This document shows, piece by piece, positions 63,848 through 64,000 of a DNA stretch of 64,000 nucleotides. Made by a program: the position numbers and the translations under genes. The stretch's first letter is position 1. Each line of letters opens with the position of its first letter. The notes under the pieces were generated by a model, which saw only the letters and a list, made by a program, of their open reading frames with translations, was not told the origin of the DNA and searched no databases. Location: contig OX597814.1 of NCBI GenBank assembly GCA_951406725.2, positions 96,844,001 through 96,908,000 on the forward strand. Direction: 5' to 3'. Origin of the DNA: Octopus vulgaris (Eukaryota).

Positions 63848-64000
63848 AAAGCCTTGTGAGTAGATTTGATTGGCAGAAACTGAAAGAAGCCCGTTTTATA
63901 TATGTGAGTGTGTGTCTGTGTTTGTCCCCCCACTATCGCTTGACAACTAATTTTGGTGTGTTTACATCCCTGTAACTTAGCAGTTTGGCAAAAGTGAGCG
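63848..64000 (+). mobile_element. family B SINE running off the window end
   Basis: aaagccttgtgagtagatttg..gaaactgaaagaagcccg..ttagcagtttggcaaaag. Confidence 0.85.

Overview
AT-rich eukaryotic DNA dense in microsatellites and transposons. The SINE/LINE repertoire points to an octopod cephalopod (inference). Most of the window is repeat: several tRNA-derived SINE families, RTE/RTE-X, R4/Dong-type, L1/Tx1-type and CR1/Jockey-type LINE fragments, Penelope-like elements (PLE), mariner and Tigger transposons, and hAT MITEs. No intact recognisable conserved gene was found. Four things stand out. (1) A heavily decayed, transposon-interrupted Toll-like-receptor-like pseudogene on the + strand (~32.0-45.8 kb), with LRR, transmembrane and TIR-like remnants in the correct order; the ORF track does not reveal it. 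(2) A set of palindromic insertions whose arms carry minimal type I hammerhead-ribozyme motifs, including a tRNA-SINE/hammerhead chimaera with a 13-bp target-site duplication. (3) An orphan Q/Y/L/H-rich repetitive 190-aa ORF at 50.0-50.6 kb. (4) A CpG-rich promoter-like zone near 4.4-6.3 kb with candidate non-coding exons. All calls were made by eye without database searches, and the edges of degraded repeats are approximate.
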